Source: Lytechinus pictus
Lineage: Eukaryota
DNA length: 64,000 nt
Assembly: GCF_037042905.1 (NCBI RefSeq)
Contig: NC_087245.1
Span: 18,044,001 to 18,108,000, forward strand
Direction of reading: 5' to 3'
Positions within the stretch are counted from its first letter, which is position 1. The number at the start of each line of letters is the position of its first letter. Positions 40,601 to 55,600 of this stretch are shown here, piece by piece. The translations under genes and the position numbers were made by a program. The notes beneath the pieces were generated by a model. The model saw only the letters and a program-made list of their open reading frames with translations, was not told where the DNA came from and did no database searches.

Positions 40601-43600
40601 GATTCATCGCTAACCTTTGTGTTACAGGACCAAGTTCTGCCCTCAGAGCACTAACAACTGTTGTTTTTCCAAAACTTCACATATTTGTATAGTAAGAGTA
40701 TTTAATCTATTTAAATTCATACAGTTTCTGCAAAGCTATCTTTCACTATTACAAAAAAAAATACCTTGAGATGATAGACAAAGTCTTCTGTATCAATATC
40801 AATCCTTCTTGAGTTCTTGTGTTCTTCTCTCTCAGTGGCTATCACAGCCGACACTATGTCTACTGTACCGTGTATCTTCCCCTTTTGTAACTAAGAATCA
40901 AACATGGAAACAAAATAATTTCATTGAAAATCAGTTCAACTAAAGCGTTCCACAACATTTGGGGGAGTAACGTAATAACTATTTTACAACTGGTAGTATC
41001 TTTTTGCAAAAGGTCTTCCACAGAATAAGTTTGGCTTAATTGTATCTTTTTATGCTACAGGTCACTGTTCTAGCAACAATCGCTCCTATGGAAAATGTGT
41101 TCATCGTGCTGTGCCATATATTGTACATGAAACAGAACATTTAACCTAGTTAGTCCTAACCCTAAATTTATTTCAAACCTGTCTTCTTTAAAAAATAAAT
41201 ACCAGGACCTGAATCCAGGCTTTTGGCTGATAAAGTGGCACCCAAGAATATGTAGGTATGTAATTTCTGTCATATACATTTCATTTTTTCTTTTTTATAG
41301 CATCTAATTTCTGTCTATTTTTATTTTTAATAAGGGATGGGAGCTTGTGGTTAATTCATTTGGTTTGCAGCAGAGTATACATTCATGTATACAAATTATA
41401 TACATCTACATAAATATAAATGTTATTCAAGTCTCACCTCATTGGGGCTCTTGCCGTAGGTCAACATGGCCTTCTCCAATACAAAATATCTCTGCAATTT
41501 AAGAGATGTATGAGATATCATCTTTAAGACACAAATAGGTATTAAGCTAATTGATATAATTATATACTTTCTGCTTTCAATTATTGTTAGTGGTCATACT
41601 ATAGATACCCTTTAAAGGAAAAGGAAATTACAAAGGTTCTTGGGGCTTACAATGTAACCACTAAAATTGCCCAAAAGAGCCCTGGAAAATATAAAAGTCA
41701 AGGAAAATAATAATTCCCTAAAATTTTATAGCTTATTCAATGTTGGAGATTTGAAAATAAGCTCCTGAAAATGTCTGCCTCCTCCTTAAAAAATCAATGT
41801 TTTGAAATAAATGAAGATTTTACATACGTATTTCAGGGGGCATTTTATCCATGAAAATGAAATCCAAACTTTATTTCAAGTTTGACAGATCTCCCGAGGT
41901 ATAAAATTTTTATTTCTCGATATTCCAAGATCACAATGTACAATATATACATGTACAGATACGTAGCAAAACACAATTCATAAAAGGAAATGCATTATCA
42001 GGAAAAACATAAAGTACCAGCATAAGTCTCTGCTATTTATTTGTGAAATTAGAGAACAAAATTTGATGTGTTTGTCTGAAATATAATAAGTTTCATATTG
42101 AATTCTTAATAATGTACTGTACAATCAGGAAGCAATAGATACTTATGATTTTTTTTTATTTCCTCTCAAAACCATTAAAGTGGTTAACATAAAATTTAGT
42201 TCAATACACACATCTTCAAATTTTTTTGTTGAATCGTCATGTTGAATATCATGTTTACATTGTATGTACTCGAACCATTGCTTGTGGATTATTACCATTA
42301 CAATCCAATGTAATAACCTACAGTACATGTAGATTTTGGCAACAAACATATATCCTTTTCTACGGGAGCTCAAATAGAGTACCAAACTGTGACATCATCA
42401 ATTTTCAAATTTTGCATTTTCAGCATTTTTTATACCATATTTTGGTAAAGCATGATAAAATACCCCACTACCAAAATTTGGTTAGATATTCTAAAGGAAC
42501 CAGGCCAATATTACATTGACTTCAATGGGGCTGATTATTGTATTCATGAGGTCATATCTCAGGCCCCCATGGACCGATTTGCACCATATTTTGGTAGTGG
42601 AGGTATTTTATCATGCTCTACCAAAATACAGAATCAAAAATTCTGAAATGCAAAAAAGGTTTTTTGTAACGTCATCACTTCAGTATTCTATAAAGTATAA
42701 TTACCTCTGGTGGACATCAATTGAGATTATGGGAAATTAAACATACATTTAATTTTTATTTTAATTTATTAACAAACTTAAAAGCCCGTCTAAAATTTGG
42801 TAAGGTGTCAATAATGATAATTATACCAGAGTATCATTACAAAAGCAGGATGATTTTTCAGTGGTTTGAATCTAAATATGACATCTATCGCCCACTCTTG
42901 GTAATGGTTAATTTTTATTTACCGTAAAAATAGCACTTTAAGCACATTATAAATTTGATAATTTGACATGAGAATGCTTAAGATTATCATTATATCCTCA
43001 TATTTCCAGCCTATTTCATGCTTAAAAGGGGTTTTAACGAGACAACACACTTCATTTTATTATTATGAAAAAAATGTTTTATTTTGATTGGGTACCCGTT
43101 AAAAGGAACTGAATTTGTTGTTACTCCATAAATGTACAATATGTACAATAGATTCTAAGTGAGTGAATTAGTAATCCAAATAAATCGCTCTTCCTGGAAA
43201 CTGGTTATTTACACTTTGGATGTATCCTATCCAGATTATCATTACACTAATATCCTGTATTCCTACATGGTCAATTCATTTTATTACATTATTCACCTTC
43301 TTAACCATGAGTTGACACTTTAACACCTTGTATGGAATATACTGATCAATACAATGAAGATTATAAAGATTGTGTTGAAAAAGATAAAACATAACATTTT
43401 TATAATACATTTTGTGCTGTGAGAACTCGTTCATAAATGTAGCTGTATAAGGGTGCGTTTATCCGCCACTTTTTTACCCTATAATCATGATTCCAATCAT
43501 GATTCAAATCACGATTCTGCAGAATCACGATTGCGTTTAGTCGAAATTGAATATAATCATGATTAGAATCACAAACATGAACTACGAAAAAAAGGGCGTT

Positions 43601-46600
43601 TGGAAAGACGTTTCTGCAGAATCACGTACGAAAATGTTCGGATAAACGATATCGTGATTTGAATCATGATTATATGACGTCATTGTGTCGAGCTATTTCC
43701 GGTTCTTGCCAAGGCGCGCGCCCCACGTTGTCACATCACATGTACGTCGCCGACCTCCAATTAAGTGTCCAACGTTGACCTATACTTCCTGGGTCAAACT
43801 GCGCACTGTGATGCGCACTGGATCGGTCCGAATCCGAGGAGAAACAGCGTTGGAACGAAGGTCGTCTAAACCCTGATTCTGTAGTAATTGTGATTCATGT
43901 TTGTGATTTGAATCATGATTCCAATCATGATTCAAATCACGATTCTGGCTTGAGGTCGGATAAACGCAGCCTAATTCATACACATCTATGTAATTTGATA
44001 CTTTATCATCATGAATAGTAAATTATATGTAAATTGATTTGTTGAAACATGGACCTACTACTCTGAGTAGTAGGTCCATGGTTGAAACAAGAATGAATGT
44101 CAGAAACCAGTGTGGTTTCATAATGCTGGTGGCACAAACCTATTGTTTGCTAATTCATTACCTGACATTTCCATTGCTTCTGTCATACTTTTATGTATAT
44201 AGGTTAAAGCTTTAAGGCACTGACTTTTAAACATGGAAAGGTCAATATTTATTTTCTTCATTGCCCAAGCCTGAGGCACAGGTTATATTATCGAGTGTGA
44301 TGTAAAGGTAATTCAGCATGAATGCTATGAGGGTTGATTAAATCAAACCCTTTAATTCAATCCAACAATGGAGATGTTTGCATCTCCATGATCCAACCAC
44401 CATCTATAGGCATGTTTCTACCTTCCTGATCAAGTATATTCTGGAAATAACTACAGCTACATGTACTGTAGATCATTGCAGGCTTCAGAACACTTGTTTC
44501 ATTTCGCACACGTGTACAATACTACTCCTAACGAAAAGTAAACAGTAATGAACCTGCACATGACTTGCATTCACATATCAATACAAAAAAGTATTCTTCA
44601 GGGACTCGATTTTAAGGCGCGCGAGAGCGATCGCGCGCTACATGCGCGCCTTAATCCATTTTAGGTAGCGCGATTAATAGCGCGCCTCGCGATCGCTGAG
44701 CTGCGAGGAAATCTGAATGTCGCCCCGGCCCCCGGAATTACTGGCGAGTGATAACAACTCAACGGCCCACTAGCGCCATATGCACGAGCTCCGCTTACCA
44801 TTTAAAAATCATCCAAAATCCACACTCAAAATCATGAATAAGCCTTGAAAATAGCGAGGAGCGCAGTTTCAAATTTTGCGTCTTTTTTTCTGTACCACGT
44901 ACTTCCATACACATGGTACCAGGTATGGAAAAAAAATCAACGCAACGGCAGGTAAACAGTTGCATGTAAAGGGGTCCATTATGACTACCACCATGTGTAA
45001 TTTCGAATGCACATGTTTCCCCTACAGATATCACAATTTTGTGATAAAAGAGGAAATAAATACCACAGTCTAGTAACCTAGCATTGGTGAGTTGTCATTC
45101 GGCTTTGCTTTTCAAAACGGCCTATTAACATCCAAAATAAGTTACCTTATTTATTAATTATAACTAAAAATCATTTGCTTTCTTTTTCTAGGGGATGAGG
45201 TAAATATCAGACAATAAATCATTAAAAAAAGCTCCATCTATTTTACTAGGCCGGCGGCAGGTTCGCGCACGCATTGGCGTTTGTTCTAGCTAGCCAGTCG
45301 GAGCTCTGTCTCTCTGCCAGAGCTCTGGGGGACAATTCGCTCAGTAAAGGCCTCAATGATGGTGATTTCTGTTTCAGACAGAGTTTACATTTCAGGTATA
45401 TTATTCAAAACTGCCAATAAAGTTTGATGATTTCTTCATTGTCATGTATATTTAAGTTCTTAATGAATACATTCTCACCAAATTTAGACTCCCCCAGAGA
45501 GAAATGCAATTTTCATGGAGATCTGCGTTTTCAAAGAACTTCAGGAAAAGTTAGGGTATGTCACTCATCCTACGAACGAGGTTATGTGGGCCTTTATTAC
45601 ATGTACATGGCCGAGTACAGGGTATTGTACTGGAATAGATGGAGTAGAAATTAGATATTGAATTCATTTATATCCAAGTCCAACTCACAGTCACACACAC
45701 ACGCACACACACACCCACATCCAAGATTCTAAGCATGAAAACATAACTTAAAAAATCATAAAATATCAAACAAAAAGTAATATAATTCATTATTAATAAG
45801 TGAACAGGTATTCCTCAAAATACGAAAAGAGCATTTAAAAATAGCCCCCGAAATTTGACAAAAAATTTAAAATGGAGCCCCCGAAAAAAAAAAATTGTCA
45901 GTGACTTAACTTTTAGCCAAAGTCAAAACCTCACTCAAACAGGTTTTATAACACACAATCTCATTACAATACATTGTAAAACAATTATATTTCAAGAATG
46001 ACAATAACATGTTCCTTTGGTTGTTGATTGTAACTTAGTACATATATTTCCTCCATCCGTTTTGTTAATTGGACAAAATGCTCCCCTTGTATGTTGAAGA
46101 AGAGCTTTTTGCAGTGCTCCTCTACCGCTCTCCTTAAAAGTTCTAGGAGAGCTTTTTATTGCTCCCCTCATAATTATTAAACTGAGTCCCTGATTCTTCT
46201 TGACTCAGCTAAAATATTCTTATTTGCTTTTCATACTGCAAATATCCCCTCAACCTCACAGAAGAACGTTCTACTTCCTGACATTTTCTCTTGGAGATAT
46301 CCAAGATTTTACCTTCACATTTAGCAAAATATATTTTCTTTTCGGGGGAGAATCCCTGATCAGAATATTTCTTCCTTTCGTATCATGCTGGTGTGAAAAC
46401 ATCTGATGATGATTGCTCGAGACCATTATTTACAATCAATCATTATGGTTAAGGCCCACATCAGATGCTCACTCTGACTTCGGCTTTGAATATAACTGAT
46501 GAGAAACCAGCTTATATTTTACAGCCAAATGGTCTCAAATACAAATGAAGATAACAAATGAGATACTGGTAATTTGTAGGCCAACTGTTTTTTTTTTTGT

Positions 46601-49600
46601 AGTAGGTGACAACTTTAAAAGATGGGAAGAAAGTTTTGGGAGTACGCTCTGATATTAGGGATTTCTGTCATATACAGGTCTACAGTGTGTACAAGAAAGG
46701 AAGGAAATTGAAACTTGTTGATGTTTCATCATGTAATGGAGCTTTATACATGTATGACACAATTATTGTCAAAGATACCCATAAGTCATTTGGTAAACCA
46801 TATTTGGATTTCAAAAAGAAAATCATGTATAAAACTTTATTTTCTACCATTGTCATGTGACATCTCACCCAGAAATACACAGGCAACGTGACCCCCCCCC
46901 AAAAAAAAAAAAACCCACATCTTTAAACTTGGTTTCTTTTGTAATGTAAAATGGTCCTCCAGTAACCAGTCTATCATCCCTACAGTACCTTGCATTTGAA
47001 ATAATTTAATTATAAAACCATCACTGAGTAGCACAATCCATTAAAATTCAAGGACAGACAAATATGACATCTTTACATTTTGAAATGCCTTGAATCTTTC
47101 TTGACTGACACATTCCACATACCACCTCAATGTACCAGTCACACCAACTCAGTATACAGATTGATTCAAAATAATGCAATATTTAATGTCCAGTCTGCAG
47201 GTGAATAGAGTGTGACTGCATCACATTATACCAACCACAATATTAAGCCCTAAATGTTTATGTGTCTTGGCAAAACCCTTCCAGAGTCCCCTCCCCCTTT
47301 CAAAAGTAATCCACTTCCATCAATTTTCCGACTTATCTGGGACTTTCTCCCATCTGCCCCTCCTCCCCATTCATCCCTAATCCTTCTCCCTTTCTTCATA
47401 TTCCCCTTTCTTTTTGAACAGTCCAAGCACATCTATCCCTTTTCTCATCCTACACGTACCACTTCTACATATTCATCCTTCCACCCCTCCCCAACCCTTC
47501 TACCCCACCCTCACTCATCCCCTCCTCCTCTTCCTTTCCTCACCTTTTCATCATCCCTCAACATTTCCATCAATTTCCATTTCCATCCCTTGCACTCCCT
47601 TCCAAGCCTCTACATCTCTTCATCATTCCCTATCCATTTTTTCTATTTTTATCACTTTTGTCTTTTATTTCCTCCATCTCTCTCATAAATCTGCTTTTTG
47701 TTTTCACATCCATTTCCCTTCCATCACTGCACTTTTATTTCATCCCTACAATTTCCCCTTGCTTCCATCATTTTAATTTTAATCCCATACATTTCTTCCC
47801 CATCGTTTGCGAAACCTCCGCTTCCCTCCCCTTCCCTCCTTTCCACTCGTAAATTCATTTAAGGTATCTAATCAACTTCAACATATGCAATTGTTCATGC
47901 ACCAAATATTTGTAATTGGAACATCTGATTAAAATGTTCTTCAAACGTATACCATCGCCACAAGGAAAATTCTCCCAGGGATATACATGTATTTTATCCC
48001 AAGTAGATTTACAGCATAAACAGGAATATCCTCAACTACATTATTTCCAAAATAATGCTCATAAAATACAATTTATTGGGAGCATAAAGTGATAATCCTT
48101 TTCCCTTGTATAGTTGCTTGTCAGAATTGGCTTTAACAAGAAAATTGTGCTATCTTTTTTTTGGGGGGATGTCTTAAGAAATTGCTTTTCCAATTTTCGG
48201 GAAGTTTTTTTTTTTTTTTAACAATATTAAGCAATGATAACCAAATTTCAGTTACTGAGGGAACCCCCCCTTAAGAAAAGAATATATGGGCTTCTGACAG
48301 TGTGATCTAAAGTTAGCACAAAACCCTAGTACAAAATACAATGCACATCAATGAAATTTGAAAAAAATAACAAATCAACCAAGTAAAACTCATTACAAAT
48401 ATGACCAACTATATCAAGTTTAAAAGCAGTGAATTAAAAAATCAGTTGACGACATTGGTGTCCCTTCAAATTTCAATAATTTTGGCCCTAATGACCACAA
48501 CCAGTTACATGTACTGCATTAACTTCAAGTCAATTAGAAAAATGTAACTTCCACTACAGACAAAAAAACACACAAAAGAATTGAACTCTATAGCCTTCTC
48601 TTGACACTTACCCTGTGCCATCCTTTAAGAGGTCTCTTACGTCTCTTGAGTAGATAGCCCTCTATCTTGCCTGGTTCCAGGACTAGATCCTGGCCTGTCT
48701 CAACAATAATAGGTTCTAATTTCATGGTCTTGCCCGCGTCCAGGTCAACCATACCACTCTCTGCGGTATCCATCCTATTAGAAGGTCCTGGATCCTCCTG
48801 TGGTACGAGGAAAACAAACAATGGGGGAGGGACAGGTATAAGATTTCATTCAGTTATTACAAACTATTCATGTTGAGAACAGAAAAACTACATGGTGGGG
48901 GAAGGGGGTAACACTCAGATATCATATCACACTTCTGAAATCATGCCGTTCTTTATAAATTATAATAAAGCTTATGTTAGGGGAATGCAGCAAAAAACTG
49001 ATCCAAAACTAACTAACTGTACATGTAGTGTCAAAGCATTCAATTGATACGTCTATTACATTTCATTGGTGTAATCATTAATAATGATAATGATAATAAT
49101 AACATCATATTTTACCTAGGGTAGCCACTTCAGTAATGAAAACTGTTCTCCCAGCGGGCCCTGCTTAACATGATACTGTTATTATTACCCCTGCTTTAGG
49201 ATTCTTTCATTTATCATTCATCTTTCCTATTTCTTTCTATTAATTGTCCATTTAAGAAAACATAACAATATGGTGTTCAACAAAGAGCATTCTGTTTTCA
49301 AAATAGCATTTCTGATAGACAAAACTCCCAGCCTACTTGCTTGCATGGACCCACATGATTGAGAATATTCCCATTATTCCCATGTGGAATGGTGGGCAAA
49401 AACACAAACATCACACTTTGTATTCACAACTTCATGGATGAATGCAAAAATAATGAATTCATGAACCTGCGCATGGACTGTGCCCCCAATTACAGGGCAG
49501 TGTGGGTGCAGTAATAAGGACTTGATTGGATTCATGGTAATGCCAACACAAATGTAAGATACTGTCTATGTGACAAGGGAGTGGGATGAATATATGAAGA

Positions 49601-52600
49601 AAATGTCAAACAGGTCCTTGTACATGTAGTTGAAAAATATATATATATTTTTTTAATTTCAGTATTGCGTGAAAATGTTCAGCTGAATTCAGTTTAATAC
49701 CAATATAATACTGGGAGGATTACAGCCTTGTATCTCAACATTTAGGGGAAAACCATTTTCTTAAAATATTCAATGACTCTATCTCATTCACCCCCTCCCC
49801 CTGGACTGATCAATCAACTGTAGACAGACAAAATAAAAACTCATTAATTTCATTAAATATTATGTTTCTATTTTAATTCTTATCATAACTCTATATCTGT
49901 ATAATGAAGGACACACTCTGTATTCAAGGTACTTTACATGTACCTGATTTTTTTTTTTTAATAGAAATGTGTACTAAGTGATTGGAAAGCAATACATTGT
50001 ATCTTGGCTTCTGAATAGTAAACCAGTGATTCATTTGCTTCTGGGCTTCAGTAACAGAAGACTAGCAGGAAAACATGCAGTTCTCATTCATAGTGGTGGC
50101 TAGGATTACAAGTGCCTGGAGTGAAATACATGCATCAGTGTTTTTCTACTCTTTCCAAAATGCATTGTTTTTTTAAATCCCACTTTGAAGTTTCTATATA
50201 CATGTAGGAATTCCTAAAAAGTAGAATACATGTACACATTGTGAGAATACATCTTTACTAAAAAAAATTTGTTTGGTGTCAACTTCTTTTGGGTTCTCTG
50301 TTGTATGACCGATACATTACCATCTACTGAAGATAGCAAGGAGAGCTCTACACATGTATAATGCTGACAGCAATACATGTAAAGTATGAGAATGTTTACC
50401 TGTGTTTTGCATACTGTAGGTTGCTATTATTGATTGACTTCATCTGCACTACAGCAAGAAAGAGCAATGTTTAGCTTTGCCACCATGGGTGTTCATCAAA
50501 CCAAAACCCACTGGCCCGTATTCTGAACTCAGGTTTAAATTAAACTCTGTTTTAAAGTTGTGGTTTAACTATGGAGAGCCAATCTGGATAAAAATCCCTA
50601 ACAGAACAGATCCATAATTGTCTGGGAATGATAACTGATGTATTTGTTTTCATAATGAAAGCAACAGGAAACAAAACACTAAACATTCAAATATCAATAT
50701 AATTTTTGGCTCCCCATAATTTTAGCACAGAGTTAGACCGTGGTCTAAAGCTAAACCCGACTTCAGAATACAGGCCCTTGTCTGCAGAGGACCATATTAA
50801 CCTGTGTTAAAATTACACCATGAACTTGACTCCAATACAGACTGGGTTCAGAAAAATAATACATTTACCAAATGTTTTATCAATCAACACCAAGTGATGG
50901 CAATCCAAATACCAGTCTGAATTCACATTGAGTGTTGTGGCTGGTGTTATTTTTGCCAAAGAATTCTGAAGCAAACACCAAACACAGAACTCATTGGAAT
51001 AACCACTCATAAGAATGATACACTATATGTATTATTAAAAGGGAAAGAATAGGTATGGAGCACCCATATGGCATATCACAATTTAGTGAAATGAAATACC
51101 GGTAGTAAAATAAATAAATAGGATTGCTCTAATGACATGCCACTTTCATCATAGTGGAAGCGCCGTGGTGTAGCGGTTCTGACTCTCGCCTTGTAATCAG
51201 AGGGTCGTGTGTTCGAATCCCACCATGGCCTAGCATCCTTTGGCAAGGCGTCAATCCACAATTTGCCACTCTCCACCCAGGTGTTAAATGGGTACCCGGT
51301 AGGATGCGAAAGCCTATGTAGTATGCCTAGCAATTGAGTCTTAGAACTCTTGTTGGAATGCTCCCCAGGGAGTGGAGAAGGTGCATATATTGTATGCGGG
51401 CATGCAAGGATCCGATGATCGGGGTAATAATATATCTGTAAAGCGCTTATAGAGACGTCGTTCCGATGTGTTAAGCGCTATATAAATGCGGAATGATATT
51501 ATTTATTATTATTCTCACATTAAAAAAACCCAGTTTATTACACAATTTATATAGTTCAGCTGGTCGACCTTACATGTATGCTTTATTTGTCTTATACGGT
51601 ATGTATGTTGGACATGTACATGTACAAGTGAATATCACATTCATATGTCAAGCATTTTGTCACAACTCAACTCGTGAAAGATTGGATGCATTATCCATTA
51701 TGCAAATGGTGAGAGGCAAACGTGAGTATAAAGTGATTGATTCATCTAATAGATTACCATATTTTTGTAGCTTGAGCATTGCATTTCTGTATGAGAAGGA
51801 CCTTGACATTTCTTTCTCAGAAGAAAAAAACATGCAAGAAACTGTTTACATTCACGAGATACAGTATATCAAATGGATATCTCATCCATGCTGCAGTAGG
51901 TAACCTTTAAAACCAGTATAAAAAGATGACAAGTTTTCCACCTGCTCTAAATAATTTTTTGTTACAGAGCCTTGTTAATAGCTTTAATAAAGAAGGTTGA
52001 TCAGATCTGATGCTATTTGCCTTGTAATAGTGATATGATACACCATTTTAATACCATAGCCTTGTATGAAAACTTTAACGTTGACCTCAAAATAGCCTTT
52101 GACCTTACGCCTTTGACCTTACCAAGTGACCTCCGACATGCAGGTCTCCTATGTACATCTACAACCCAAGTTTGGGTGAAAAATGAATTATGGTTGCGGA
52201 GTTATGTGTCATAAGAGAGTCTTGCACGTAAACTTTAACGTTGACCTCAAAATAGCCTTTGACCTTACTATGTGACCTCTGACTGCGCCATGATATACAG
52301 GTCTCCTATGTACATTTACAACCCAAGTTTGGGTGAAAAATGAATTACGGTTGCGGAGTTATGTGCCATAAGAGAGTCTTGCATGTAAACTTTAATGTTG
52401 ACCTGAAAATGACCTTTGACCTTACCATGTGACCTCTGACTGCACCATAACATGCAGGTCCCCTACGTACATCTACCATCCAAGTTTGGTTGAAAAGTGA
52501 CTAAAGTTGCGGAGTTATGTGTCATAATGTTTGACGGACGGACGGACGACATTTGGATCCCTTAAGGCTGTGCTCCACCAGCCCGTGTTTGCTCAATCTC

Positions 52601-55600
52601 GAGATTTTAGCCCGATCGGCCCTCTTCGCGATTCATCTCGAAATTCAAGTCTCCACCATCGCAATAAGAGCGATTCCTGCTCGAGTGAGGCATTGATACA
52701 TTATGGTCTGATGCCGTGAATGAATAATCCTGAGTGCATCTGCACCTGCGTATTAGCGGGATAATTCGTAAAATAGCGCACTATTTTGCAAATAATCCCA
52801 AGTTGACTTGGGATTGCAATCTCGAGATTAATCCTACGAACTAGTGCGATAATTGCGTCTCCATTACAAATAATCTGGAGATTATTCAGATCGGGATAAT
52901 TTGCCGGATCAGAAATAGCGCGCTAATTTGAAAACTCGGGCTTGTGCAGACCGCCCTTTAGTCTCGCCTTCACCTCTGGTGGGCAAGACAATAAAACCCG
53001 AACATTTGTAAATTTGAATGAATTTTTCAGCGTTGGGTAAACTGGACTGGACCTTTCAGGAACTAGGGGGACCTTTTCTCGAATGGTAGGGTTATGCGAT
53101 TGCCTGACCAGACACAACCCTTGTATGATGGCACAAGCAGTCTGACTTTACATGTACATAAAGTACAGTGTGTAAAAATGCTGGTAGCTTTCTTGCACCA
53201 TCTGAACAAGGCTATCCTCCATGAACTGGACCTCCTTGGTGTTTTTTTTTTCTTTGTCTGGGAATGTGACTTTCCAGATTTAGTGCAGTTTGACTAAAGT
53301 TCTATATTAATATGCCATCTGGATACAGTGCTGATAAATTGTTGTTTTGTGCAAACTCTTTTTATTGGGATTATTATTGCCTTCTTTATTTTATAAAGAT
53401 ATTTTTATGAGACATCAATCCATTCACAAAAAAATAATTCCTGAGCTGGGATACTTGAATGAATGGGCAAGATAATGATTGCCCAACCAATTCTGTGAAT
53501 GTATGTATACATGTATGTATACACTATTCTGACAAACCCGCTGGTGGTACACAAAATGGTTTCTAACCCTTATCTCTCATTAAATATTGGAACAAATGCC
53601 CTACACAGATTATGATATCCTTTTGGATATGGGGAAAATTTCTTCTCTGTTTTTAAATATCACATACATGTACACGTACAAGCAGAACCATGCAAATATA
53701 GCAGTAAGTACGACAAAAAATATATATATATGTATGTTATATATTATGCAAATGTGAAAAATGCTATTCTACTACACAGATATGTAGGCAATCTCTTTAT
53801 TAATTATACAGTGGTGCTAAAAAGTTAGTGAACCCCACCAGAAAATGCACAGTTTTATGCTGAGTGTTGAACAGGGACAACAGTACAATGTTCAACGAGC
53901 CCATTGAAATTAACTAAATCTATCCCCAGACTTCACAATTATCTAAGACATGGCAGAACTTGAACCACTTGAAATATGTTTTTCTGGTGGGGTTCACTAA
54001 CTTTTTAGCACCACTGTATGTGTACATATATCCTGAATATCAAGAACAATTTTACTGTGCATGCGAATGCAAAAGCATATTAACAGACTTGAGGTTAATG
54101 GGTATAATGTACTTTTAAATTACCACTACATGTATCATGCAAACGTAAATATGTTGCTGATATGAACAGTATAATAATAATAATAATATTAAATAATAAT
54201 AAAAATAATAATAATGATGATGATAATAATAATAATAATAATAAATATAATAAACATAATAATAGGGTGCTTAATACTAGCATTTCTAAGCAGAGATTAA
54301 CATTCAAGTTCTCGATCACATGAACATTAATTAAAATGTCTTTTTAACTATCACTTTCACAAATAAAAAAGTGCATGTTCATTTATCTCTGGGATATATA
54401 AAAAAAAAAAACAGTACATGTATATGTGTACAAACTAAAAAATAACAAATGCAAAAAATTAATTTGGTATTGAAAAATGGACCTGGCTGGCTAGCAATTG
54501 ATGAAATACAATGAACAATCAATATCTGTCAGGTTTCTCTCATTTTAATACAGTATGTAGACTCCATGCACAATGCAACAATCCAATAATGGGACTCTTT
54601 AATGCAGCTCTTGGTCTGCAAAAATGTATGCAGTTTTGGAATATGATGCAAGCTTTTTTAGTTTGACGTTAATTGTAAATGAATTTTTGAAATAAATGGA
54701 TCAGCTTTTAAATTACAGTACCTGTCAGCAGCTATTGATGATAAATGGTTTGCTATAAAAGCTAGATATTACAGACATCGAACAACTGATCAATATAAAC
54801 AAAACAGTGAAAACACACATCATGCAATATACTTGAAGCAAGGTATGAAATGAGATGAGTTTTTTAATGGTAAATTGGCAATGGTGATCGATGTACGTAA
54901 AGGAGACGCTTCCTCAACTTACCTGGTTAACGTTTTTTAATTGCTTTCTTCTTTATTACAGTATTCTAAGATTCCTTCATTCAGGATAATGGACAAAAAA
55001 CAAAATAAAAGTCAGAGCGATGAGTTAGCGAATAAAAAATTAATCATGTGAATGTGAATGGAGAAAAGAGTGTAAAGTAGTAATGCATGATATTTACAGG
55101 TATGGATGATAACCACATTGCTGCATAGTAAACTTCAAATTTTACTGATAGAGAGGTGGGCTGTATGGATGATATTTCAAACCAAAGTTTAACTTCTTGC
55201 TTGATGTAGATTGTTCATAATGACATCATTGGAAAGATGAAAAAAATCGGACAGAGCAGATCAAAAAGCTATTTTGAAGGGGCATGGCCTAAATTTGCAG
55301 TTATTGTTTGTTGAAAACTTGACTTGACACATTCAGTGTTGAATTGGAGCCACTGCATTCTATGCCAGGCCAGTGCAGGCCAGTGCAGGCCTGTGCAACT
55401 TCCTGATTTTCTTTTCCTTGAAGCATGTCTTGCACATCACTTGATACCAAAATCATCAAATTTGGTCATACCATTACAGGAGCCATATGACTTTGTGTGA
55501 CCTCATACTACCCTAAAACAGATTCTGAGTTTTGTGTACAATACGGAGGAAGGCATTTTCAAATATTCCTCCTCTTTTCAAGCTGTTGTTATCCACAGAA

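Noticed and set aside
46402..46425. Third hammerhead-like motif (CTGATGA...GAGAC)
   Set aside because: Core GAAA is broken (GAGA) and stems I and III cannot be formed.
51156..51230. tRNA gene (also 38055-38128 and ~38828-38880)
   Set aside because: A and B boxes are present, but there is no proper acceptor stem and the sequence runs into a shared SINE body and tail.
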